Under the pieces are notes generated by a model. That model worked only from the letters and a program-made list of their open reading frames with translations, made no database searches and was not told the DNA's origin. Positions 19,196-26,587 of a stretch of DNA of 64,000 nt are shown here, piece by piece (position 1 is the stretch's first letter; the number at the start of each line of letters is the position of its first letter). Origin of the DNA: a virus. The position numbers and the translations under genes are program-made. Location: the IMG/VR virus record IMGVR_UViG_3300008259_000011, positions 70,144 to 134,143 of that record; one strand, 5' to 3'.

Positions 19196-19891
19196 TTAGA
19201 AGGTCAACTTAAGACCACCGGAATAAACGACGGTTCCAGAGAACTCACGATTTGCCCAATTATACTTGGCAGCATTGAAATCGTTATCGAACCATCCAAC
19301 TTCAGCAAATGGAGTCAAAGTACCCCAAGCAAAAGTGAACGGACGAGCAACAGTGCCCTTAAAGCTAAGGGACTTGTAGTCATTAACGTATCCATACTCA
19401 GCAGCTGGGGTGACAGTCACACCATAAAACAAATTCTGAGTACGGCTAAGTCCAACGAACACGCCTTGCTGATTAAGGTCAATATCGAATGCACCACGAA
19501 CATATGGAGTAACATATGGGTTGTTCAAGGCAACCTTGGCACCAAACTCAGTAGAGTTAGGAATACCAAATCCGCCAGCTTGGTGACGAGTAACATCAGC
19601 GGTAGTACGCAATGAAAACTTCTCGGTCAAACCAAAACTCTTACCAGCACCAAGTGTCCAGTGACTCTGATCTTGATCACCAGTTGGTAGCAACACACCA
19701 CCAGCATACACATCAGCATACTTTAGACTCTTGATTGCGTTGACACCAACAAACGGAGTTCCCCCAGAACGAGAAACACCATTGACCACATAGTGGTTAT
19801 TATAGCCAGCTTCGACTCCAATACTAGAGTCATTAGCCTTAGCGATTAGGGCAGCACAAAGAACTGCCAATACTGCGATCATCTTCTTCAT
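19196..19891 (-). CDS. outer-membrane beta-barrel protein with signal peptide
   Basis: MKK..AKA signal peptide, alternating beta-strands, C-terminal GGLKLTF. Confidence 0.8.
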   Translation of the reverse strand: MKKMIAVLAVLCAALIAKANDSSIGVEAGYNNHYVVNGVSRSGGTPFVGVNAIKSLKYADVYAGGVLLPTGDQDQSHWTLGAGKSFGLTEKFSLRTTADVTRHQAGGFGIPNSTEFGAKVALNNPYVTPYVRGAFDIDLNQQGVFVGLSRTQNLFYGVTVTPAAEYGYVNDYKSLSFKGTVARPFTFAWGTLTPFAEVGWFDNDFNAAKYNWANREFSGTVVYSGGLKLTF

Positions 19892-20140
19892 ATATGTTTA
19901 TTTCCTTTCGTTACTACACTTTTTATAACTACCTTAACACTCATTAAGTTTGTTATAGATTGATGTGATTCAAAGATACACATTCAATCATGTACGTGGA
20001 CAATATACCGTTAAACACCAAAAGTGTCAACGAATTTTTTCCAGTGATATATAGTTTTTACTTTTTTGAAAACTACGACGTTTTTTAGACCATATATACG
20101 CACAAAAAAAGCCAAACAACTTAATGTTTGACTTTAAATT

Positions 20141-20229
20141 TGGTACCACCGGCCGGACTTGAACCGGCACAGGATTTTACTCCCTGCGGATTTTAAGTCC
20201 GCTGTGTCTGCCTATTTCACCACGGTGGC
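20141..20229 (-). tRNA. trnL: tRNA-Leu(TAA)
   Basis: loop ctTAAaa, V-arm, CCA. Confidence 0.92.
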
Positions 20230-20239
20230 ACTATTAAAT

Positions 20240-20323
20240 TGGTGGGTATGGAGGGAGTCGAACCCCCACGCCTTTCGGCGGTTGATTTTGAGTCAACTAC
20301 GTCTGCCATTCCGTCACATACCC
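20240..20323 (-). tRNA. trnL: tRNA-Leu(CAA)
   Basis: loop ctCAAaa, V-arm, CCA. Confidence 0.92.
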
Positions 20324-20331
20324 GTAAATCA

Positions 20332-20418
20332 TCAAACTCATCGTGCTTCCTACCTACACTACGCCTCCTCATTGATTTGAGAGAGTGACGGACCTTGAAC
20401 CCGTCCCTATGCGTTTGA
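20332..20418 (-). ncRNA. circularly permuted tRNA-like RNA (YrlA/Y-RNA-like arm order)
   Basis: T-arm GGTTCAA precedes a closed acceptor-like hairpin and a D-arm-like segment; ends pair TCAAAC/GTTTGA. Confidence 0.5.
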
Positions 20419-20422
20419 AAAA

Positions 20423-20514
20423 TGGTAGCCTCATGCAGAATCGAACTGCCCAGAACGCCAATCGAGCGATTATAGAGATTATAAGTCTCCCCATGCACCT
20501 TACATCTTGAGGCC
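20423..20514 (-). tRNA. trnI: tRNA-Ile(TAT) with long variable arm
   Basis: loop ctTATaa, ~22 nt extra arm, T-arm, CCA. Confidence 0.75.
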
Positions 20515-20720
20515 ACTAAATGGTAGCGGGGCAGTCCTATTAAATTTTAAAGAACCAAATTGAAATTGGGTCGGATGTATCTATTGAACACTTTATCCAT
20601 CCGACAAACAAAGTGTACCATGTACTAGCCCCGCAACCAAGAAGTTTTTTAAGAGATCTTCAATACTCTAGGGGTTGTGGTTTAACCCTCCACCATGTTG
20701 TTTACGAGAAACAACCAAAT

Positions 20721-20796
20721 TGGTAGTCCATAGGAGAATCGAACTCCTATTAACAGGTTGAAAACCTGCTGTCCTAAACCATTAGACGAATGGACC
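20721..20796 (-). tRNA. trnE: tRNA-Glu(TTC)
   Basis: loop ttTTCaa, CCA. Confidence 0.9.
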
Positions 20797-20804
20797 GTTA
20801 AAAT

Positions 20805-20877
20805 TGGAGCAGGTCCGAGGAATCACACCTCACCAACTCACTAGAATGTGAGCATGCTCTCATTACATCTGACCCGC
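20805..20877 (-). tRNA. aberrant Gly-like tRNA, anticodon undetermined
   Basis: Gly-type acceptor and U73-CCA, but 6-nt loop ATTCTA and T-loop TGTGATT. Confidence 0.5.
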
Positions 20878-20886
20878 GTTAAAATT

Positions 20887-21175
20887 CTGGAAGGACTCCT
20901 GACTACCTTCAATTTTCACAATACTACATGCATTCGTCCACAGTCCACATGGTCAATTACTCCGTGTGTTGATGACTGGTGGGCCTTATTTTCCCCACAA
21001 CGACCTACGATATATCAGATATTATATTAGCTACGATGTCGTTACGCTTGGATTTCGGTTGATCGACCTAGATCCGCCATAGACTTGCCACATAGTATTA
21101 TTACTCATACCTTGCCTTGGTTCTTCACCTCAGCAGTGCGTTACCCCTATAAGAAGAGTTATTCCGCCACTAGAA
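20887..21175 (-). ncRNA. ~290 nt structured ncRNA candidate
   Basis: no plausible ORF, several helices, TTGACA..TATACT promoter just upstream (~21203-21230). Confidence 0.45.
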
Positions 21176-21240
21176 ATTGTCAAAGATCTAATATACCCTA
21201 GAGTATATATAGAGTGTTGAACTTGTCAACACAAAAAATT

Positions 21241-21315
21241 TGGTGCGTCCGGCGAGACTTGAACTCGCAACCAACAGATTAAAAGTCTGCTGCTCTACCA
21301 TTGAGCTACGAACGC
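21241..21315 (-). tRNA. trnK: tRNA-Lys(TTT)
   Basis: loop ctTTTaa, CCA. Confidence 0.93.
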
Positions 21316-21321
21316 GTTTGT

Positions 21322-21432
21322 TTAAAGATCATCATCTTCGTACCTAGAATTCATACCACAGAACCTAGCAACCATCAAGAGAAAAATGATGTAAATTGTA
21401 AGTCCGATAAGAAGTCCAAGTGCCAGTTTCAT
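21322..21432 (-). CDS. 36 aa single-TM microprotein
   Basis: MKLALGLLIGLTIYIIFLLMVARFCGMNSRYEDDDL downstream of a TTGACA promoter. Confidence 0.5.
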   Translation of the reverse strand: MKLALGLLIGLTIYIIFLLMVARFCGMNSRYEDDDL

Positions 21433-21466
21433 TATGGATACATCCTACACCGAGAATGTTGTTCTG

Positions 21467-21649
21467 TCAACTGTTTTTGTGAGAATTTTCTTTGATCCAA
21501 TCAAGACGGTGTTTGTTCACCCAATCTGTTAGTGCTTTTTCAAATCCAATATCAGCGTTGGCTTTTTCAGATTCGATCCACTTGTGTTTAAGAATTTCAT
21601 CCCGTATCTTAAGATATTTTGCATATGAAGATGTCGGTTTGGAACTCAT
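21467..21649 (-). CDS. DUF4032-like small protein
   Basis: EILKHKWIESEKA..DIGFE.AL.DW motif. Confidence 0.75.
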   Translation of the reverse strand: MSSKPTSSYAKYLKIRDEILKHKWIESEKANADIGFEKALTDWVNKHRLDWIKENSHKNS

Positions 21650-21706
21650 ACTCAAATAAATAGTTGTTCGTAACAAAACCGTTACATTTGAATGTATAAA
21701 TAAAAT

Positions 21707-21781
21707 TGGAGTTCCGTGTTGGATTTGCACCAACCTAATGCTGTTTTGCAGACAGCCGCCTAACTACTCGACCAACGAAAC
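21707..21781 (-). tRNA. trnC: tRNA-Cys(GCA)
   Basis: loop ctGCAaa, U73, T-loop TGCAAAT. Confidence 0.88.
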
Positions 21782-21787
21782 ATAAAG

Positions 21788-21866
21788 TGGGGTGTACGGC
21801 GGGATTCGAACCCGTATCTGCCAGACTCACAATCTGGGGCATTAAACCAGTTATGCTACATACACC
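21788..21866 (-). tRNA. trnH: tRNA-His(GTG)
   Basis: loop ttGTGag, G-1:C73, CCA. Confidence 0.92.
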
Positions 21867-21874
21867 ATTAAAAA

Positions 21875-21948
21875 TGGAGCCTCCAGCTGGTATCGATCCA
21901 GCGTTTCATCATTACCAATGATGTGTAATACCTTTATACTATGAAGGC
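21875..21948 (-). tRNA. trnT: tRNA-Thr(GGT)
   Basis: loop ttGGTaa, T-loop ATCGATA, CCA. Confidence 0.88.
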
Positions 21949-21953
21949 AAAAG

Positions 21954-22031
21954 TGGTACTGCCGGTAGGAGTCGAACCTACAACCTTCTGATCCGTAGTC
22001 AGATGCTCTAATCCAATTGAGCTACGACAGC
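21954..22031 (-). tRNA. trnR: tRNA-Arg(ACG)
   Basis: loop ctACGga, CCA. Confidence 0.93.
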
Positions 22032-22040
22032 ATTATAAAT

Positions 22041-22117
22041 TGGCGCACCCGGAGGGACTCTAACCCCCAACCTTTCCGGTAGAAACGGATGGCTCTATAC
22101 AATTGAGCTACGAGTGC
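22041..22117 (-). tRNA. trnR: tRNA-Arg(TCT)
   Basis: loop ttTCTac, T-loop TTAGAGT, CCA. Confidence 0.85.
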
Positions 22118-22127
22118 GTTAAAATTA

Positions 22128-22529
22128 TTAGTTATGCATATTACTACCAGCTCCATATCCATTTTGTAATTTTGGAGTATTTAAGATTTCATCTTTTGGA
22201 TCTGGATACACACTGAAAAAATAATGAATGTCATCATTCTTTTTATTTGTGGAATATAATAAAAAATTTACATTACCATTTGGATGTCCTCTACCGTCAA
22301 ATATATAATAATATTCAGGATCAGTGCCAGATAAGGCTGCTTTTGGCACATCTTTAACATATTTAAAGAACACCTCCGAAGATATTCTATATACATTATC
22401 ATCATCACCTAATGTATTTTGCATCCACATAGCCGGTTCTGTAGAATCATCACCCAATCCAAATTGACATATTAATCCTACACAATTACCCAAATATTGT
22501 TCTTTTAGTAAACTTGATAATTTAATCAT
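22128..22529 (-). CDS. hypothetical protein with MIKLxxLLxE motif
   Basis: likely start MIKLSSLLKE just after TATTTATA. Confidence 0.7.
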   Translation of the reverse strand: MIKLSSLLKEQYLGNCVGLICQFGLGDDSTEPAMWMQNTLGDDDNVYRISSEVFFKYVKDVPKAALSGTDPEYYYIFDGRGHPNGNVNFLLYSTNKKNDDIHYFFSVYPDPKDEILNTPKLQNGYGAGSNMHN

Positions 22530-22558
22530 AACTATAAATATATCAAACTTATTTAAGA

Positions 22559-22632
22559 TGGTAGGCAATCACGGTTCCGCCCCGTGGTCTTTCGATTATC
22601 AGTCGAATGCTCTACTATTGAGCTAAATGCCT
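22559..22632 (-). tRNA. trnI: tRNA-Ile(GAT)
   Basis: loop ctGATaa, atypical T-loop GGCGGAA, CCA. Confidence 0.85.
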
Positions 22633-22638
22633 ATTAAA

Positions 22639-22717
22639 TGGCGAGGGTAGCCGGATTCGAACCGAGCAAGTCTGCACAGTGACAGTGTGCTATGTTAGCC
22701 AATTACACTATACCCCC
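22639..22717 (-). tRNA. trnD: tRNA-Asp(GTC)
   Basis: loop ctGTCac, G73, CCA. Confidence 0.88.
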
Positions 22718-22728
22718 ATTAAAATTAA

Positions 22729-22833
22729 TCACCAACACGATAGTTAGCTCATAGGCATATTCGGTTATTGTTCGTCGTCAACAATAATCCCGCTATCTCT
22801 TTTACCACACGACCTGCTTCATAGAGTTGGTGA
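22729..22833 (-). ncRNA. structured RNA candidate
   Basis: perfect 8-bp terminal stem TCACCAAC/GTTGGTGA plus internal hairpin, exactly filling a tRNA spacer. Confidence 0.35.
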
Positions 22834-22836
22834 AAT

Positions 22837-22914
22837 TGGTGCAAGTGATGGGATTTGAACCCACAACCTTTCGGGTAAGAGCCGAATACTCTGATCCAGT
22901 TGAGTTACACTTGC
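22837..22914 (-). tRNA. trnK: tRNA-Lys(CTT)
   Basis: loop ctCTTac, CCA. Confidence 0.88.
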
Positions 22915-23100
22915 ATAAATGGTTTTCCTAGGATTTCACAGTTGTTCTCTTGTTTCGTGCCCTACTCCAAGATCTATCTAGTTCCGCCAGGTGCACCGAA
23001 ATTTTGGTATCACCTGTAAAATTTGTATCTATTATTGTCAACGAACGATAAACATCTTACCACACTTTATTGTTCCGTCAACAATATTCTTAAAAAAATT

Positions 23101-23853
23101 TTAAGTACTAACTGGTTTCTTTGGATAAGGTTGAACTGGTTTAACCAAGTTTGCCAGAATGTTCTTTCCTTCACTAGAGTTTGTACCGGATAAAATGTAA
23201 ATATACTTATGTTTACCGTAATCAATCCGTAATTCAAACGGACTGTCAGGATTTGTTTTTAAATCACGAACTGCATCTCCAGCAGTTTTAAATCCATATT
23301 TTTCTATCTGCGGTTTTCTATTAACCCATCTATCTTCATTTTTATCCCACAAACGTTTTCTAGTTCTACTCTTACCTAGATAAATTGCGTTTGTAGCTTG
23401 ATATACAGTGCCAGTGTGTCCTTGTTCACTATCAGACCGAGTAATAATTACTTTTACTTTAGGATAATTTTGTTTGATCGTTTTATTACCTAATCCAATT
23501 ACGTATGATGCCAAATTATTTTTTAATTCAGGTATTTCTTTCACTTCTGGTTTTAGATATAATCTTAACAATTCTAATAATTCATTCTGTTTAAGTAAAC
23601 TATTACCTTTATCATCCACAGCTATTTCTTGAAAATCTTGTGGCTTGGTAGTCTGTCCATATACAATAACCCCAACCATATCTACATTGCCATCAGGCAT
23701 CTTGTACATCACACCATAATTAACAGTAACCGCTGTTGGATACTTCTTTAGATAATGTTTGTTTATAAAGTCTATAACCTCAGACTTACTCTTTGGTTCT
23801 AGATATACACTATCTTTTAGAGATTCTATCAACAAACTCTTAAATGTTATCAT
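23101..23853 (-). CDS. Mom-like (GNAT-fold) DNA modification protein with MITFKSLLIE motif
   Basis: INKHY, GVIVYG, LELLRLY, SD.EQGHTGTVYQATN.IYLG match the Mu Mom family pattern. Confidence 0.7.
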   Translation of the reverse strand: MITFKSLLIESLKDSVYLEPKSKSEVIDFINKHYLKKYPTAVTVNYGVMYKMPDGNVDMVGVIVYGQTTKPQDFQEIAVDDKGNSLLKQNELLELLRLYLKPEVKEIPELKNNLASYVIGLGNKTIKQNYPKVKVIITRSDSEQGHTGTVYQATNAIYLGKSRTRKRLWDKNEDRWVNRKPQIEKYGFKTAGDAVRDLKTNPDSPFELRIDYGKHKYIYILSGTNSSEGKNILANLVKPVQPYPKKPVST

Positions 23854-24156
23854 ATCGTATAAATAGTAAACATTGAGGATTTCACGGGGGATAATTACTT
23901 CTAGAGAGTAAGTCCCAAACGGCTGTATAGCCTTACCGTTCCACATTTTATACTCCTTCACCAGAGGGAATCGAACCCCAGAGAAATGTGTCTATCTCAA
24001 AAATATATGAGTGGTAGCTGCACCCACTCTCCGTCTTCCCAAGTTTCTCGTCTGGCCACATCTAAGGGCATCCACTTGGATAGTTGATATCGGAGTATAG
24101 AGGCAATAACTCTTTGTTCAGATATGAACAATCCTTTACAAGTCTTGTTCAAAAAA

Positions 24157-24232
24157 TGGCCCGATAGGTTGGTAACGCTCCAACGTCCCTTCGTCTTCAG
24201 CGAAGTGCTAATACTATCTCAGCTACTACCGG
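24157..24232 (-). tRNA. trnF: tRNA-Phe(GAA), atypical
   Basis: loop ctGAAga, T-loop AGCGTTA, G73, CCA. Confidence 0.8.
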
Positions 24233-24245
24233 ATTATAAATTAAA

Positions 24246-24328
24246 TTGACAAGTCAAAGGAATCGAACCTTTTCGGAACAGCAGCATCACTGCTCCTTTA
24301 CCACGCCCTGCGCACTAGCACCTGTCAA
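24246..24328 (-). ncRNA. tRNA-like RNA without CCA
   Basis: terminal stem TTGACAGG/CTTGTCAA, canonical T-arm AAAGG-TTCGATT-CCTTT, no standard anticodon loop. Confidence 0.45.
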
Positions 24329-24334
24329 AGTAAA

Positions 24335-24433
24335 TAACAGAGTGGTTTTGAACCAATCCCATAGAGAATCGTGCATCTTGCCTGGCGTCAAACTCCAAGC
24401 CTTCATTGCTAATTCGATCTATACACTCTGTCA
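24335..24433 (-). ncRNA. structured RNA with T-loop-like hairpin
   Basis: 10-bp terminal stem TGACAGAGTG/CACTCTGTTA, GGTTCAAAACC. Confidence 0.4.
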
Positions 24434-24450
24434 AATCGTTTTTTGATACA

Positions 24451-25278
24451 TTAAAATCTAATATCATCAGTGGAATCGTCAAATCTTTTCTCTAATGGAA
24501 TTGGAACTCCATCGTCATCATAAGTAATCAACTCCGCTGATTTAACTTGATTTGGGTTAAAAACTGCATATACAATTCCTGTACCCGAATGAATTTTTCC
24601 TTCAAATCCACGATTTTCAATTTGAATAAATCCTGTGTATCCTTTGTTCTGAATCCATTCTCTTAAAGACAGCCACTTTCCACCATTTCGGAAAGCCCAT
24701 AATTCTATAATAGACCAAGAAGATTCATCAATAGCTTGATATACAGAATCTATAACTTTAACTTTATTAGAGTCGTCGTATCGTCTATAATCTGGATCTC
24801 TCCACGCCCATTCATGTTCATATTCATCTGTTAATTCTTGAGGTATGTAGTGTGTTGGATTATCCGTTCCAGACATTCCGAATAAAGAGTATTCTGTTCC
24901 AGGCATCATTCCATTTTCTTTCTCTTTTTGAAGTTGCCATTCATAACATTTTTTTATAACAGATTTTAAAAACTGTTTCGTTTTTGAATCTCTCAAATCA
25001 AAGAAATTGGCTTTTAGATAAACTTTGTAAATTTTACTATTTTTACCGAACGACGTTGTACCTTGTCCTGTCTCTTTTTTATAAATTTCCGCATGTTCTT
25101 TATTATCAGTAAAATATAACGCTCCTCTTTTTGAGACTCTAAAATTGTTAAAGGATTTATCACCTATAACAGTTCCGTGAAATAAAGGTCCGACAGTATA
25201 ACCTTTACTATTTGCTGCTTTTTTAACGTCGGCTTCATCCCATTGAGATTCCACAATTAGAGATTTAAGTTTAATCAT
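24451..25278 (-). CDS. ADP-ribosyltransferase-like (ART-PolyVal-type) protein with MIKLKSLIVE motif
   Basis: FHGT, LYFTDN...A..Y, VYLK, GYTG, YAVFNPNQVKSA. Confidence 0.7.
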   Translation of the reverse strand: MIKLKSLIVESQWDEADVKKAANSKGYTVGPLFHGTVIGDKSFNNFRVSKRGALYFTDNKEHAEIYKKETGQGTTSFGKNSKIYKVYLKANFFDLRDSKTKQFLKSVIKKCYEWQLQKEKENGMMPGTEYSLFGMSGTDNPTHYIPQELTDEYEHEWAWRDPDYRRYDDSNKVKVIDSVYQAIDESSWSIIELWAFRNGGKWLSLREWIQNKGYTGFIQIENRGFEGKIHSGTGIVYAVFNPNQVKSAELITYDDDGVPIPLEKRFDDSTDDIRF

Positions 25279-25309
25279 ATATCATATAAATATAACAAAT
25301 CAAAAAAAC

Positions 25310-25418
25310 TAATCTGCATGGTTGGAATTGAACCAACGGCCCGTGCTTATTCACACTTTTACGGTGTCATTTACCATCATAGTGAGCACTGATCTACCTC
25401 TGAACTACACACAGATTA
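25310..25418 (-). ncRNA. tRNA-like RNA with ~37 nt expanded anticodon loop, no CCA
   Basis: acceptor, D and T arms present; GTGCT/AGCAC stem encloses a long insert. Confidence 0.55.
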
Positions 25419-25421
25419 AAA

Positions 25422-25484
25422 TGGTGGGGAGCCTTTCAGCGCCAGATTTACAGTCTGGACCATCTCTTTAATGGTATAATACCC
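25422..25484 (-). pseudogene. truncated tRNA-Tyr(GTA) lacking the T-arm
   Basis: CCAGA-ctGTAaa-TCTGG anticodon arm and CCCCACCA end, no TTCRA arm. Confidence 0.6.
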
Positions 25485-25494
25485 CGAAAAATTT

Positions 25495-25764
25495 AACGTC
25501 ATATGTTTGTTTCACCATATGACAGTGACTGAGGTTCTTCTTTCACCGTTACGTTCTAGTTATCCTCACCTATGCACAGGTAGAACGGCTTTAGTCACTT
25601 CAGAAGATGGCTATTCGATGTTGGGTTACGGGATGACTTACACAGTCTAATTATAACCTACAGTCAGATATCTTGTTGTAGATCAACCCACTCACTCTCC
25701 ACGACTGCCTCACTTGCAATTGAAGCATCTTTCTTCAGCATCGTGAGTCTGCTGACATCGAATA
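25495..25764 (-). ncRNA. ~270 nt multi-domain structured RNA candidate
   Basis: long-range stems TATTCGATGT/ACATCGAATA, AGTGACT/AGTCACT, GTCATATG/CATATGAC; no ORF. Confidence 0.5.
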
Positions 25765-25768
25765 AAAT

Positions 25769-25894
25769 TGGCTCCAGAGGAAGGGCTCGAACCTTCAACA
25801 TTTCGGTTAACTTCAGCCTTGTGAGATTTGCACTCTCTATTAAATAGTACTTTATAGCCCACAGCCGAACGCTCTACCATTGAGCTACTCTGGA
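25769..25894 (-). tRNA. trnN: tRNA-Asn(GTT) interrupted by 51-nt insert in the anticodon loop
   Basis: removing 51 nt restores a canonical 75-nt tRNA with loop ctGTTaa. Confidence 0.8.
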
Positions 25895-25902
25895 ATTGAA
25901 AA

Positions 25903-25976
25903 TGGCTCTCGGAAAAGGAATCGCACCCTTATCATTCGGGTAACAACCGAAGGTAATACTATTATACGATCCGAGA
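25903..25976 (-). tRNA. trnN: tRNA-Asn(GTT), atypical
   Basis: loop ttGTTac, T-loop TGCGATT, G73, CCA. Confidence 0.82.
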
Positions 25977-26146
25977 ATTAAAAATTGATTTGAAAGCGTG
26001 GATTCTCTTACCACTACTTGGGGTGCGTTGCACTTCCGTTCTGATTTCAACAGACTCTCTTTCAAAAATGTTTACTGGATTTCACAATTGTTCCACTTAC
26101 TAATCACAATCTCGTCAGACTGTGATTTTCAATGTCTATCAGTGTC

Positions 26147-26265
26147 AATACATTACTTACTACTTCATCACCTTTTATTGATCGGATTCGAACCGATACT
26201 TCCACCGTATCGTGGTGTTGTTCTACCATTTAAACTACGTGTGTGTTGCCTTCACCTAATGTATT
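26147..26265 (-). ncRNA. tRNA-core mimic on a long stem
   Basis: D-arm, anticodon-like arm and T-arm GGTTCGAATCC without acceptor/CCA; closed by AATACATTA/TAATGTATT. Confidence 0.5.
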
Positions 26266-26272
26266 TGAAAAT

Positions 26273-26347
26273 TGGCATGGACGGTGGGTAACGCTCCCAC
26301 ATTAGGCAGTTTTGGAGACTGCTACATTTCTTGTCTGTCACGTCCAT
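26273..26347 (-). tRNA. trnW: tRNA-Trp(CCA), atypical
   Basis: loop ctCCAaa, G73, T-loop AGCGTTA, D-loop lacking GG. Confidence 0.8.
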
Positions 26348-26355
26348 ATTAAAAA

Positions 26356-26434
26356 TGGCAGCCTCACTCGGAGTCAAACCGAGTTCTCCGGATTGAGAAT
26401 CCAGAATCCTATTACATTCGTAGACGATGAGGCC
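26356..26434 (-). tRNA. trnE: tRNA-Glu(CTC)
   Basis: loop ttCTCaa, CCA. Confidence 0.82.
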
Positions 26435-26498
26435 ATTACATGAGAGTTTTGATGGAACGCATCAACATCGGTCATCTACCGATACTCTCGAAAAAGTG

Positions 26499-26587
26499 AG
26501 CCTCCAGTCAGGTTCGAACTGACAAAGGATTATTAGTCCATTCTCGATTACAAATCGAGGCCGATAGCCAATTCCGGTCATGGAGGC
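26499..26587 (-). tRNA. trnT: tRNA-Thr(TGT) with long variable arm, CCA not encoded
   Basis: loop ttTGTaa, GCC/GGC acceptor, ~18 nt extra arm. Confidence 0.78.

Noticed and set aside
20521-20633. Initiator tRNA-Met
   Set aside because: Only acceptor-like ends (GCGGGGC..GCCCCGCTACCA) are present; no anticodon or T-arm, so at most a remnant.
20805-20877. Amber suppressor tRNA (CTA) and alternative genetic code
   Set aside because: The loop is 6 nt (ATTCTA) so the anticodon is undefined; genes here end normally in TAA, TAG and TGA and long ORFs are intact under code 11.
23854-23961. N-terminal extension of the Mom-like ORF
   Set aside because: Overlaps a structured element; a better start with TATTTATA and the MITFKSLLIE motif is at 23853.
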